This document shows, one piece after another, positions 51,400 through 63,384 of a DNA stretch of 64,000 nt. The stretch is from Podarcis vaucheri (taxonomy: Eukaryota): the NCBI GenBank assembly GCA_965113315.1, contig OZ220368.1; one strand, given 5' to 3'. Position 1 is the stretch's first letter. Every line of letters starts with the position of its first letter. The notes under the pieces are model-generated. The model did not search any database. It was not told the origin of the DNA and saw only the letters and a list, made by a program, of their open reading frames with translations. A program made the translations under genes and the position numbers.

Positions 51400-51432
<33 letters not shown>
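51370..51432. repeat. Interrupted (CA)n microsatellite inside the CpG island
   Basis: Direct reading. Confidence 0.95.
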
Positions 51433-51434
<2 letters not shown>

Positions 51435-51803
51435 TGGTTTATGCGGCGCGCACAGCTCTCTTTTTTCCAGGTGATGGAAGATTGGGGGGGGGGGTTATCA
51501 GAATGCATAGGACGGAAAACAGTTCGATACAGATTTATTGGAGGAATTCCCTCCCCATAGCGGGAAAAGGGGGTTAGGGCTGAGGCTCTACAGTGTATTT
51601 CTCCCGCACCCCCCCCCCGAAGCACATACACACACACACACCCCTCTCCTGCAAAGTAAGCAGTCCCCTTGCATGCAAATGGCTTGCAAAAGGGGGCGAT
51701 CGAAGTAAGCGAACAGGTCCTGCAAGTGGGAAAGAAGCATCTCACCCACGAATAATCCGCACACACCGAGAGGGAGGGAGGGAGGGAGGGAGGAGACGCT
51801 TAC

Positions 51804-52260
51804 CTTTGGGTTCGCAGCCAAAGCCGAGCCGGGCTTCCTCTTGCATCTGGGGGTGCCCCGGTAAAGGGGGTACAGGGTGAACCCCTTTCTGATCACAAGG
51901 TGGCGGTTGCTGTTGTTTGTTGTTTAAAGGCGATGTTTTGGCCCGGGGGGGGGGGCGCGCGCCAGCAAACACAAAAGCCAGAAGGGGAAGGTGGTGGAGG
52001 ATCGCCGGGCAAGTCAAGGAAAAAGCGCTGGGCTAGGTGGAAGAAGCGAAGAAAGGCGAGGAAAGCAGCTGGCTTCGCAGCTCGCTGGGCTGGGACAAAA
52101 CGCACACCAGGAGGCTGCTCGTCTCCCTTCCGTCCAAGCAAAAAAAAAAGAGCCCAGGCAGCCGAAGGGGCTCGGCGAGAGGTTAAGTCAACATTTCCCC
52201 CCACACACTCCAGGTCCCAACGCGCGCGGCTCCTTCCCAAAAGCACGCTCGCACTCCTTT
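51804..52260 (-). other. ADGRL2: Probable non-coding first (leader) exon of ADGRL2; 3' end well defined, 5' end/TSS uncertain (could extend to ~52960)
   Basis: Strong minus-strand donor CCCAAAG|GTAAGC (GT at 51803-51802) inside the CpG island. TATA-like TATTTAAAG on the minus strand near 52257-52265. A second possible donor TGG|GTGAGA at 51745. Confidence 0.65.
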
Positions 52261-54884
52261 AAATAAATGTTTGGGGTGGGGGAAGGAGAGCGAGGAAGGA
52301 GGGAGGTAAAACAAAAGAAAAATCGAAACAATTATTTTGGTCGATCAGAAAGCACCACAACAAAAGAGCGCTAGGTGCAAGCACCGTCTTGGATGTGACC
52401 AGCCCTGGAGTCCTCTCTCTTTTCTCTAGGCGACTGGGATGGATAGGGGGGGGGGGCGGGAAAGAAGGCGACGCCAACAGGAGCAGCCGGAATCAACTCA
52501 ATTGTTCGGCGGGGAGGCGAAGTGGGGAGAAGGCGCTGCGATTGCAAAGCACAGGCAGACGCGCGCGAGAGGGGAAATCGGAAAGAAAAGCCCCCTTTCT
52601 CTCCGTCGTCCTCGTCGGCCTCATTTACATCTCCCTGGATGGCATCCTGGCCTCTGGCAGGATCCAGTTCCAGCCCTTCTTCAAGCTTCGCTTTTTTTCC
52701 TCCTCCTTGCTTCTCCTCTCTCCTCGACGCTGCTGCTGCTGCTGCCGCCGCCGCTGCCCCGTGAACGGAGATCAAGAGCAAAGCTGGTCGCTCAAAACAA
52801 TGGGGGAGAGAAAGGAAGAGAGACAGAGAGGGAAAGGAGGGCGGGGGGCGAGTGAAATCGCCCTTAAAAGAAAAAAAGAAAAAGAAAAATCCCAGTGAAT
52901 TGTATTGCCAGCTCCCTTTCGTCCATGCACCTCTCTCTCTCAGTGTGTGACTGGGGATTGCGAAGTCCTGACACGGACTCTCCACTAGCTCTGAACTGGA
53001 GCCACCTCCAGCCTCCACCTCTTCCTCCAATCTCCACCCCCTCTCTTTCTCTCTCTTCTCCCCACCGCTGGGCTCAGCTAATCATATAAACATATCATCA
53101 TGTATAGAAGCGGCGGCAGCCAAAAATATGGGGGGGACATATCTATATTCTCCTCTTCCCCACCACCCCGCTTCTTGTGTCTCGCCGCCGCCACCCGCCC
53201 GAGCTGGTGGAAGGGGAGGGGGGCTTCTGGCAAATAAAAGCAGATTAGAGACAGCTAAGTACCAAACGTGAAGGAGATAATCTAAAGGCTCGATCTGCCA
53301 CCACTGGCCATTTTCCACTCCATTTGAGCTGCTTGCGGCTGCACGGCTTTGGGGAGGAGAGCGGGAGGTGGGCTGGGGAGGGAAAGAGAAAGGAGCGGCG
53401 CGGGGGTGCGGGTGGGTGTTGGTGCAAAAGCCTTGGGCTCGATCTGGCGGCGGCAGGGAGCGCTGGATCACTTCAGCCGGCGGTGGCTGGGAGCTTTGGG
53501 GCAGCGAGGCAGGAGGCTCGGCTGCATCTCGGGGTCCCCACTGGGTGCTGTCCGCCCACTGGCAGAGAGGGCCTCCTCGCCAGCCCCTCCGCGGCGCTGC
53601 AGACGGCTTCGCCTCGCCGCTCGTTCCGGGGGAAGGCTTTGGCGGCCGGCTTCCCCTCTCGGCGCGCTGGGCAGGGCAGGCGGCGGCGAGCTGCAGCCCG
53701 GCGCAAAGTTTCGTCGCCGGCTTTTTGCCTCCCTCTCCCTGCCTGCCTGCCTCTTCCCTTTCTCCTTTGTGTGTGTAAAAAGCTGCCCGCGCCTAGCGCC
53801 GCCGACTCGGGATAGCAAAACGCAGGAGGGCCACCACCACCACCACCCCCCACACTGGGCGGGTGCGAGAGCCGAGCAGCAAGTGCGGCTGGCCAAGTGG
53901 AGGAGGAGGAAGAAGGCGAAGGAGGCAGTTGTGAGGGGGGGGGGACGGCGGCGCAGGGAAGCCTCCGAAGTTGAACTTCCGAGGGTCTGGCGGGGACTGA
54001 GGGGGAGGGCGCAGGCGCGCGCGCACCAGACGGAGAAATGCGAACCCAACTCCGTCCGCCATTCTTCACCGTCTTCACGCGCCTCCGAACCATTCAGTCG
54101 ACTTTGCGGGGCGTGGGATCAACTCGCAGCGACCCGGGGCAAAGGGAACGGGAAAACTGTTAACTAACTAAATAAAAATGACCAGATTAAACCCCTTCCC
54201 CATATGCCCGGGGGGTCTGTCTTTCTTTTCTTTCTTTCTGCTTTAAAAGTGTTTGGCTCTCATTTGTTTGCTCCGAAATCCCTTCCCCGCGCCCGCTTCC
54301 TTCTCCATTTCCCCTGTTCCCAGGGCAGCAGGGCGACAAGAAAACAGAGAAACAGCGCTCGGGAACCGTATCGAAAGAAGGGTGCGAAACTGCCCGTGAC
54401 CCTCGGAGGCGCAGAAGGGAAGCTCTGCTACTTTCTCTTCCCCCTCCGTGAAAATTCCCGCAAACTGCGGGAAGGGTTTCTCTCCCGCCTGCCCACTTCC
54501 CCCCCGCTCACTTTCCAAAAGGAAGAAAGGAAAGGAAAAAAAGTGCTGTTCTTTTGTCTGGAATCAGAGGGCTTTCGGAAACTCTCGTGCCAGGGTTCGC
54601 GCACACGTTATGAGCATTTGATGGATCTCCCTGCCTGGCAGCTGTGGGGAAGGTTACACGGTGGCAGGACTCCTCTTTCGGCCTCATTCAAAGATGCAGT
54701 TTGAGGGGAAATGGAGAGGGATCCTGTAAACGTTGCATCTTACCTATCCCTCCTACAAGGTAACAGCTCTGGATATCAGAGCGGGAAATGCTCCTTTCCT
54801 AACATCCACAATTGCACAGGGGTTATATTGTCCCCTTGGTTTTTAATAAGTACTGGTACTCTATTATACACCCTCAAAGGATTT

Positions 54885-55005
54885 TGAGGCATGTCCTCTC
54901 TTTTATGCAAACAACAATCTTGTGAGGTAGACGCACCCAATGAGCATGACTGCTGAAAAGGGATTTTGAAACCAAGTCCTCCTTACCCAACACTGTCCAC
55001 TACAA
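54885..55005 (-). mobile_element. MIR/CORE-SINE relic
   Basis: acaacaatcttgtgaggtag..cacccaatgagc..ggattttgaaaccaagtc resembles a reverse-complemented MIR core and B box. Confidence 0.5.
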
Positions 55006-55080
55006 CTGTCCATAAAATTAGCACCTCACATCGAATGACCCATAGAAAGGACAATAAAAACAATTTTAAAAGCCCACTGT

Positions 55081-55114
55081 CCACAATTAAATGAGACACC
55101 ACAATTAAATGAGA
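55081..55114. repeat. Tandem duplication, 18 bp period
   Basis: ccacaattaaatgaga twice. Confidence 0.9.
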
Positions 55115-55247
55115 ATCCTTTGGGCTGCTTAGATTTTTCTTTGTTACATAACTCATAGTGCTTTTGCCTGTATTAAGACTACAGTGGTTTGGCTTATTCT
55201 GGTTATACCTGAAGGCCCTGTACTTTTATAGCTTCACACACACTTAG

Positions 55248-55468
55248 AGCTCATCCACACTTTGATTTGGTCCATGACATCTAAGCATAGTGTAGTAGAT
55301 TTTTCTTTTGTCCTGCTTCTTTCCCTGAGAAGACCCGCCACTCACCGCTGAATTTGCCAATCACCGCAAGTTTGTTCCAATTCAGCGGTAGACAGTGAGT
55401 TTTCCTGGGGAAAGCAATGGAACCAAAGAAAAAATAACTATAGGACAAAGGGAAGTCTGGATAAATGT
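55248..55468. mobile_element. Palindromic MITE (Harbinger-like termini), decayed
   Basis: Ends agctcatccacactt / aagtctggataa. Inner arms accgctgaatt / aattcagcggt. Confidence 0.55.
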
Positions 55469-55847
55469 ACACAGAGAGAGTTGAGTGTACAGCACTGTTT
55501 GACAAATTTGATGCTTAATTTCCATCCAGAAATTGAGCATACACATAAACATTATCAATATAATTATGGTTCGGTTAATGTTAGTTTCTTATTTTGTCCA
55601 CTTTATACCCATGCAGGATTTCTTAGAGTGTTATCTAAGTTCCTGTACATAAGTTATAAGTGGGTGCCCTGTGCAAACAGTTGGGGAGGCTGGGGATCCG
55701 AACCCCTCCCCAATCCCACCTCTTCACCAGACCTGACACCCATGTGTTCAATATCACATCTTCACTGAAGCCCACACTCATACATCCTATTGTGTGTCTG
55801 ATCACACATTGCCCAGGGGGTCAGCTGCATATTTGGCATCCCCATGA

Positions 55848-56025
55848 CAGTGCCAGAGCTCTGGCACCGGGGGGGGGGCAGAGTGCAGGTGGGGGTGGGG
55901 CTGGCACGCGTCCCGGGGACGGGGCACGCTGCCTGCAGTGGCAGGGCCAGCCGCGATGGCACCCCACCAGGATTGCACTGCCAAGTGCAGTGCACTCCCC
56001 CCGCACTCCTCTTCCTCCACCAGTG
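55848..56025. mobile_element. Short GC-rich hAT MITE
   Basis: Ends cagtgccagag / ctccaccagtg. 8-bp TSD ccccatga / ccccgtga with one CpG-type transition. Confidence 0.75.
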
Positions 56026-56322
56026 CCCCGTGAATTGGGGCATACGTGTGTAGGACTTTTGGCAGAGAGGACCATCATTATGTAGGAGCACAGAGCTAGA
56101 GTCAGCAGGCACATTCCCAACCTCACAGATGCGGGCTAAACATTTCAGGCCGCAGAACTCAAGTCTTCCAAAGAATGGTGTTATTTTCATGCTGGTTCTG
56201 TTCTACGTTTTTGTACAGCTGTCCCAGGGGGGAAATATTTGGGTATAGGAGGGAAAGAAAGACTTGGGGGAATCTTCAGAAGAAAATGATGGGGAATCAT
56301 TTGCAACTTTATCCAGCAACAC

Positions 56323-56357
56323 GAAGAAGAAGAAGAAGAAGAAGAAGAAGAAGAAGA
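56323..56357. repeat. (GAA)n microsatellite
   Basis: Direct reading. Confidence 0.95.
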
Positions 56358-57094
56358 GTATGAAAATTTCAGTCACTGGAATATTATGAAGCATAACTTT
56401 ATCTACTATGTCAGAACTTATAGTCATTACTGTTGGAAGGGGGTGTGGTCAGATTGAGTCATACTTTCACCTTTGGAGAGAATACACAAGCATGAAGAAG
56501 TTTGGGAACATGGTTGTTGATTACCGACAGAAATTTATCCACTCCACATTGAACCTCCGATAACTCCCCAAACTATGCTTCTTCGTCATTTCGAAGCTAA
56601 TGACCCAGGATTCGGGCAGAAAATACCTCCTTAAGCAACTGTATGCAACTGCAGAGTTGTGTATAGCACATAATTGGAAGTCTCCAAAGCAACCACCTAC
56701 ACAGCAGTAGATTGCTAAAATTTGGGAGACTGTCATTATGTAGAAATTTAACCAGCAAGTACAGCAAGCAAATAAACCTTTTTAAAAACAAATAATAATA
56801 ATATGAGCAAAACTATTATGGCTCCATGGCTTCCATTTATTTCCACTGCGGTAGTCCTTCATCTTCTGATCAGTTCAACTCAAGTCCATTTATTTTTTTT
56901 AAGATTATGAGATATGTAACCTGTGCAATATAATTAGTGAGCCAATTGTTCTATGAGCATGATAAACTAAGAACAATTATCAGTGAGTTTCATTATTCCT
57001 TTAGTGTTCTTTATTTGTGTGCATATGTTTAACAGTCTGTATTTTTGACTGTGCAAAAAGTGTTCAGTTCTCATTTTCAGCAACATCTGTACAG

Positions 57095-57255
57095 TTATTT
57101 ATTATTTGCTGCTGCCTTTAAAATCCCACCTTTACTCCAGTGAGCTCAAGGTGGCACATGTGGCTGTCCATCTCTCCATATTATCTTCACAACAGCCCTA
57201 TGAGGTAGGTTAGGCTGAGAGTTGGTGACTGGCCAAGGTCTTACCATGAGCTTCT
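57095..57255 (-). mobile_element. MIR/CORE-SINE
   Basis: gagctcaaggtggc..ttatcttcacaacagccctatgaggtaggttaggctgagag..gtgactggccaaggtc..tgagcttc. Confidence 0.75.
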
Positions 57256-57615
57256 TAGTTCAAATCACATTCAGATTCTAGTCTCAATTTAATGTAATTT
57301 GTAGTTCTGGCCTGAGTGGGTATAAATTCTGTACCACAAGATTTCATGTAAGGGAAGATTCATGTTTTGTTTTTTAATATCAGTGGGTCTTAAACAAAAA
57401 CAAAATTCTGGCCGTGTGAACGTGTAAAAATATTTTGGCTTCAGAGCTGCCTTCAGGGATGGCACCTGTGTGTTAACGCCACGGGTACAAAATAATTGCA
57501 GCTCTGAGCACAGGTGATACAACCATATCACAACCACGTCCTGTTTTTTCTGGCCATGCCCTCTTTTTTTCCTCCTGCAGCAATGATTGCAAAAGGCCAA
57601 ATTGTTGTTTAAAAG

Positions 57616-57779
57616 CCTCCAGTATTAGCTCTGTTGTGGCACCATTAATTGCCCTAGGGTCATTCTTCTGGAGTGAGTTATTTCAGCTTCAGGACCAGTC
57701 CTCCTGTATTAGCTCCATTGTGCCACCACAAATTGCCCTGGGGTCGCTTTCCCTGAGTGAGTTATGCAGTTCACACCAG
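57616..57779. repeat. Diverged tandem duplication, 84 bp period
   Basis: cctcc(a/t)gtattagctc..ttgtg..cacca..aattgccct..gggtc..gagtgagttat at 57616 and 57700. Confidence 0.85.
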
Positions 57780-58018
57780 AAAAATGGGGTTGTTCGATAC
57801 TCAGAGAAACCTGCAATGAAAGCTTTTTAACAGTGTGAGCCTTCAGAGTTGCAGACATCTTTTTGCTCTGTTGACACAACTGAGTTTTACTATGTAGAAG
57901 AACGGAGCAGCAGTTTTAAAGTGAACTTATTTGAAGTAGTTAAGAGGGGGCTTTCCATTCTTCAGGATGTTATCATCCTTGATATTTTCACAGCGTTGAA
58001 GCCTTGGGTTTTAAGCAT

Positions 58019-58386
58019 GGTAAAGGTAAAGGTAAAGGTACCCCTGCCCGAACGGGCCAGTCTTGACAGACTCTGGGGTTTGTGCGCCCATCTCACATCT
58101 ATTGGCCGGGGGCCAGCGCTGTCCGGAGACACTTCCGGGTCACGTGGCCAGCGTGACAACGCTGCTCTGGCGAGCCAGCGCAGCACACGGAACGCCGTTT
58201 ACCTTCCCGCTGGTAAGCGGTACCTATTTATCTACTTGCCCCCGGGGGTGCTTTCGAACTGCTAGGTGGGCAGGCGCTGGGACCGAGCAGCGGGAGCGCA
58301 CCCCGCCGCGGGGATTCGAACCGCCGACCTTTCGATCGGCAAGCCCTAGGCGTTGAGGCTTTAGCCCACAGCGCCACCCGCGTCCC
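58019..58386 (-). mobile_element. Sauria SINE (Squam1), young CpG-intact copy
   Basis: Complete head (minus strand gggacgcgggtggcgctgtgg), B-box ggttcgaatccc and (ACCTTT)n tail. TSD gttttaagcat at 58008-58018 and 58391-58401. Confidence 0.96.
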
Positions 58387-58934
58387 AAAAGTTTTAAGCA
58401 TAGTCTGAAGCAATTTAAGAGGTATTCCATGCTTCAAAGGAACATCCACTATGAAAATTAGGAAAGTGATTTATTCAAGAGTACTGCTTCTTATTGCTGT
58501 AAAATGCTGCCAGCGATTTTCAGGTGTGTCCTAGCATCCAAATATGTTGACTGTTCCCACATGAACAATGAACCAGGCTCTGAGGAAACTGATAGAATGA
58601 ATTTACACTGAATATCCCATTTTAGGGGTCCAGTTAATACCAGATCGAAGTCAGGGCAGTGTCAGAAAGCCAAAGTTGAAGCCACAAGATGTATATATGA
58701 TATTTGCCAAACATTTATGTTTTGTAACTGCTACAGTTATAACTTAGCAGCAGCATGTTTGCTTTCTTTCAAAGGTTTGTTGTCTCCTCTAACTTAAATC
58801 CAGAAAGTTCTGAAGCAAAATGGTCTACAGACAGCTCTTACCTTCTATCACTGGGTTCTCAATAAGGAAAGCACTTGTTTGGGAGAAGGAAACCAGGATA
58901 TTGTCTGGACGTGGTAACAGCAGGCACTAGAGGA

Positions 58935-59122
58935 GGCAGAGGCATGATAAGCATTGTATAAAATTATGTATCATTTGGAGAAAGTAGATAGACATTTTCC
59001 TACATCTCTCAGAGTTGCTTCTTTACACTGAACATGGTTAAACTACCACAAGATCACCACCATCTTGGATGGCTTTAAAATGGGGTTAGACAACTTCATG
59101 GAAGATAAGGCTATCAATGCTA
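58935..59122 (+). mobile_element. CR1 LINE ORF2 3' fragment, internally deleted
   Basis: tataaaattatg..ggagaaagtagataga (YKIM..EKVDR-like) and ggatggctttaaaa..ttagacaacttcatggaagataaggctatcaatg. Confidence 0.75.
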
Positions 59123-59890
59123 ACACAATTTTTTTAAACTGCAGAATATATGGCATTTTCTTGAGCATTCATTCTACAAAAAAGAGAGTAATGGTAGCTA
59201 AAGGATACATAGCCATAGGGAAATAGATACGTGGATTATGGAAAGAGTTCCTTAAGATATTTGATGTGGATGATGAGGGGGAGGAAAGGGAGCTCTACAG
59301 AGCACAGGTGTTCTCTGACTGCTAGGATGGCTCACACAGTTAAGTTACTGCTTCTAAAAGACTAGCAGGTAATGCCTGCACATTTTAAAGTTCATCTCCA
59401 AAATACGGAGACCTAGAAACCTGATTGTTTCTCACCTTCAGTACAGAACACCAACTCTTGATAGATATAAATTGTTCAAAGAACATGGCAGAACCCAAGA
59501 TGCTAGACACAAAACTGACTTCTTAAATTATTTGAAAACAATACTCAAGTCAATACTGATTTTCAATAGCGCATTTCTCTAGGCTGAAAGACTACTAGCC
59601 CTGTAGAGATTTCTCAATCAGAGTCTGTATATATGAAATGATGGATCAAATGCATTATGGTACCCATATTATGTAAAAATGTATTCCTGGTTTCTAAAGA
59701 TAGGTGCTAGTGCAGATAAAGAATCTGAAAAGCGAGTTTGCTGATAGAGGGGCAGTTTCTGACCTTTGTGCAGTCAGAGAACGGGAGCAAGACTGGGTCA
59801 CAAACCTTGCAACAATAAACAGGGATTATTGTGTTTGCTTTTCTTTTGCTAGGATAAAGAAGAGAAATTCCTTCTTATCTATTAGCTGTC

Positions 59891-59891
<1 letters not shown>

Positions 59892-59950
<59 letters not shown>
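59892..59950. repeat. (GAAA)n microsatellite
   Basis: Direct reading. Confidence 0.95.
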
Positions 59951-62636
59951 GGGGGCTCAGCTCAGAGTGAAAGTTTTGCCTCAGTAAGGACTGTAGATAT
60001 TTGTGTTTTCTTTGTTCCACAGACAACATAAGGAATCATTGCTTTAGAAATAATATTTCTGTGCCAAAGGAATTGTGTAATCTAAAAACCAAAACTATAG
60101 CTAAAAACACAGCTATAGCTAAACACTGTTAAGTCCTATTGAATTCGTGGGAGAGTTAAGCATTTTCAATCACTGCTACCTAAAAGTGCATGTCTGGGTA
60201 GCTGGATTGCTGCACTGAACTTTTGGCTGAAAAACAGAGATTTATATAGAGTTACTTAATGTTGATTAAATCCTAGTTAATGGGATCAAAGCCGCAATAG
60301 GAAATGGGTCTTGGAATAATGTTTAAAAGTCACTAATTAGATATATCACTAATTACATATCCCCACAATTTTTGCAATAAGTATACAAATATTTAGCAAA
60401 GTTCAAGTGTCATTTCCAACTGATCTCAGTTGCTGATATTGTTTGTGAAGTATATAACCTATTGTAAACATCATCTTGCTTGTGTTTGCAATATGTTATT
60501 TGTGAGTGTAAGAGAGAGAGGGAGAAAGAGAGAGAAAGAGAAGATATTGATCTGTGATAAAATGTTACAGAAAACAATACGCACCAGCCCCACCAAAATA
60601 ATGGTGAAATATATATATGACATGATATAATTCTTAACTAAAATACTTCATCCTTACAGCTTGTTATAAAACGGAAAGTGTTATATTTACTTCTCATATT
60701 TATTGCTGCCCACTTTTTGTTCCACTTGGACTTGACATTAGAGGTGATTTATATGTTACCCTGGAACTGCTTGCAACTTTTGTTTCTCGCTCACGTTAAT
60801 TCACACAAGGTGGCCATTCACAGATTTCAGCCTCGGCAATGCCTGTGATCTCTGATGCTCCAAAAATGGATGCCAATCACAGCTGCTGCTTTAGTTTTCC
60901 GTGCGCTAAGGGCTGCTCGCATGCCAAATTGTTCATATGGAGGAAAAAGTAACCTGTGAAAAGTATCCTATGAACTAGATATTAAGAGCATATAGATATT
61001 CCCTTTATCACAGAGTCTAGAGGTGATGTCCTGTTCAGACTTACACAAGCTGCCTTGACATAATAACCGTGCTTCATCATGGTATGATCCCAATTTTTAT
61101 TTTTGTCCCATTTTGCCCAACTTACCATGCTACACTTCTAGGGGCATCACAACAATTTGGTAAAGTCTGGTTTTATTTGCCACGGGCCATGAGATTGCCA
61201 TGACACAGTTTAGAAGTACTGCAGAGTTCACAGACTCCGCAAAGGTTACCCACAGAGAATGGAAAGGCATAGAATGAATGCACACCCACACAAATAAAAC
61301 AACCCAGTTGGCCTTTTTCACAGAGAATGTAGCATGGGGCCAGTGAATTTCAAGCGCAGGGCCATTTCAATCAAAACTATTGTGATGTGTGTGTTTTTGT
61401 CTGGGTTGTGGGGTTTTTTTTGGGGGGGGAGGGAGGGGTAGAAAAATCCAGCTCACTTTCTCTAACACAATTCTATTTAATTTTAGGTTTTGTAACATTT
61501 CCCTTCATGTCTGCTATACATGCAATTCGGGTTGATCCAGTAGGAACAATTCAAATACCTACTGGATAAAGCACTTGAGAAGACTAATGGCCAATCGTTA
61601 TGGATTATTGCCATGATTCTCAAGGAATTGTATACAACTTCGCTGTGTATGGGCTCTAATGAAAGGGTTCCTGACAACACTTTCAGCCAATTGTACTGAC
61701 AGCTGCATTCTTGGGGAGAACACATTTCCAAAAGGTGATTGAACCTATCTGACAAAATGGGTCAAATTGCGCTCCCAGTTACAGCCACACAACACTCTTC
61801 CCTCTGCTAGACAGATAAATTGCTGAGTATGAGCAGCTACTTTGGGAGAATACATCTTGGTACATGTTATATCTCCTGCCATGTGAGCAAAAAATCATTA
61901 AAGCCTTTCTCCTGGAAGCAGTTGCAAGCATGAAAATGGACAGGGGTGCAAAATTCAGCACCGGGAAAATCTGAGCATTTATCTTTCATTCGCTTATGCA
62001 AGTTTCTAGCCCTTAAAAAAGGTTTGATATAAACTACAGCATGCCACAAATAGAAAACAGATTCAGTGCAGAAGGAGACATAGAAACAGCTCCAGAATGC
62101 TCCAGAAAAGAAGCCAATCTATATGTTTACATAGTAAACCAAAACTAAAAGGTCTCATTCCCAGCCAGTATTGCCAATGACCAGGGATGATAGGAAGCAT
62201 AATACAACAACATCTGGAGGGTAACAGGTTGAGAGAGCAGCTAACCCATCAGAATTTGGAAAATTCTCTGGCCATTTGATAAGTTTCAAGAGCTTTCAAC
62301 ACCTCTCCACCCTGTTCTGAAGCAAATAACTGACTTGCTTGATGTATTGCATACCACTCACTAAGGTTGTACAAATGTTGAATCACACTTTAATCCACTT
62401 TGGCTTTAAACCAAATTTAAGTGTCTTTTTCTGGCAATAGATCTTCCCAATAGGCTACTATGTCTGGATTCAGTCTAGTCTGATTGAATAATGCTTTGCT
62501 TTTGCCTCTGCATGTTGGAACAAAGACTCTTCCAAGCTTCAACTGCGCCCATGGATGAGCAAACATGGTAAATCATTCTGTGTATACTGACTAAAGTGAA
62601 ATATGCCAAGGATGCACCCTTAAAAGGCACACTAGG

Positions 62637-62637
<1 letters not shown>

Positions 62638-62679
<42 letters not shown>

Positions 62680-63190
62680 CAAAGATATTTATATACCTTA
62701 TAAGCATTAACATTTCCAAGCAGTGTACATAGAAATAAAGCATACAGAAAATAAAGCAATAAATAGCCATCACAAAACGAAACACTACCTTAAAATGCAC
62801 AAGGCAACAAGAATGTCTTTGTCAGGTTCAGCCAGGAAGATGCCTGTCTAAACACACTTGGAGGGAGTTCCACAGGATTGGATCCACAGCACTGAATGCA
62901 TCTGAGTCACGGGGAACCACCAACAGAAACCCCACAAAAGGTCTCAGTGAACAAGCAGGAACAAAAGTGATTGGGCAGTTTGTAAGACATTTGCAGCCCA
63001 AACTATTAACGCCCTTGTAAGTTAATACAAAAACAATGAACCTGGCCCAGTAACATGTGGGCAGCCAGTGAAAGCTTTTTAGCATCAGAGTTATGTTCTA
63101 GTGGTAGTCCCCATCAACAGACTAGCTGTAGCATTTTGTACCAGGTGGAGCTTCCAAACCAAGCATCATCTAAAGCACACTGTGATAATC
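62638..63190 (-). mobile_element. L2 LINE 3' end with (AAT)n tail
   Basis: ORF 62828-63085 gives FHWLPTCYWARFIVFVLTYKGVNSLG..LLVVP..AFSAVDPILWNSL, the characteristic L2 ORF2 C-terminus. The (ATT)n run at 62638-62677 is the tail. Confidence 0.85.
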
Positions 63191-63384
63191 ATGTCCTGTC
63201 TTTTGCACCAAACATTGATGCAATTGCTTTAAGTGGTGAGGTATGCATGAACAGAGTTGCATTTTCAAATGCCAATGCCAGCTCCTCTTGCATAAGATGC
63301 ATTCAGTGGTGCTCCCTTCCGGACCTGGGCCACCTCCCCTTCATTGCTTCTGTCACTTCCCATTCATGTCCACTCCCTCTAGAC

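Larger units (their letters stand above)
50840..54480. promoter_or_regulatory. CpG island / main ADGRL2 promoter region
   Basis: Abrupt rise in GC and CpG density against an AT-rich, CpG-depleted background. Contains CGCG runs, GC boxes, an NRF1-like GCGCAGGCGC at 54009-54018 and a (GCT)n(GCC)n tract at 52729-52757. Lies 5' of the minus-strand coding exon. Confidence 0.88.

Noticed and set aside
51296-54704. Many long overlapping ORFs (up to 272 aa), including the poly-Ala ORF 52371-53030
   Set aside because: Expected from stop-codon scarcity in a CpG island. They are low-complexity, occur in all frames and show no recognisable domains.
57849-58449. ORFs of 68-138 aa
   Set aside because: They read through a Sauria SINE. 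Similar peptides recur at 17924 and 29165 for the same reason.
62828-63085. 85-aa ORF with protein-like composition
   Set aside because: It is a decayed L2 LINE ORF2 C-terminus, not a host gene.
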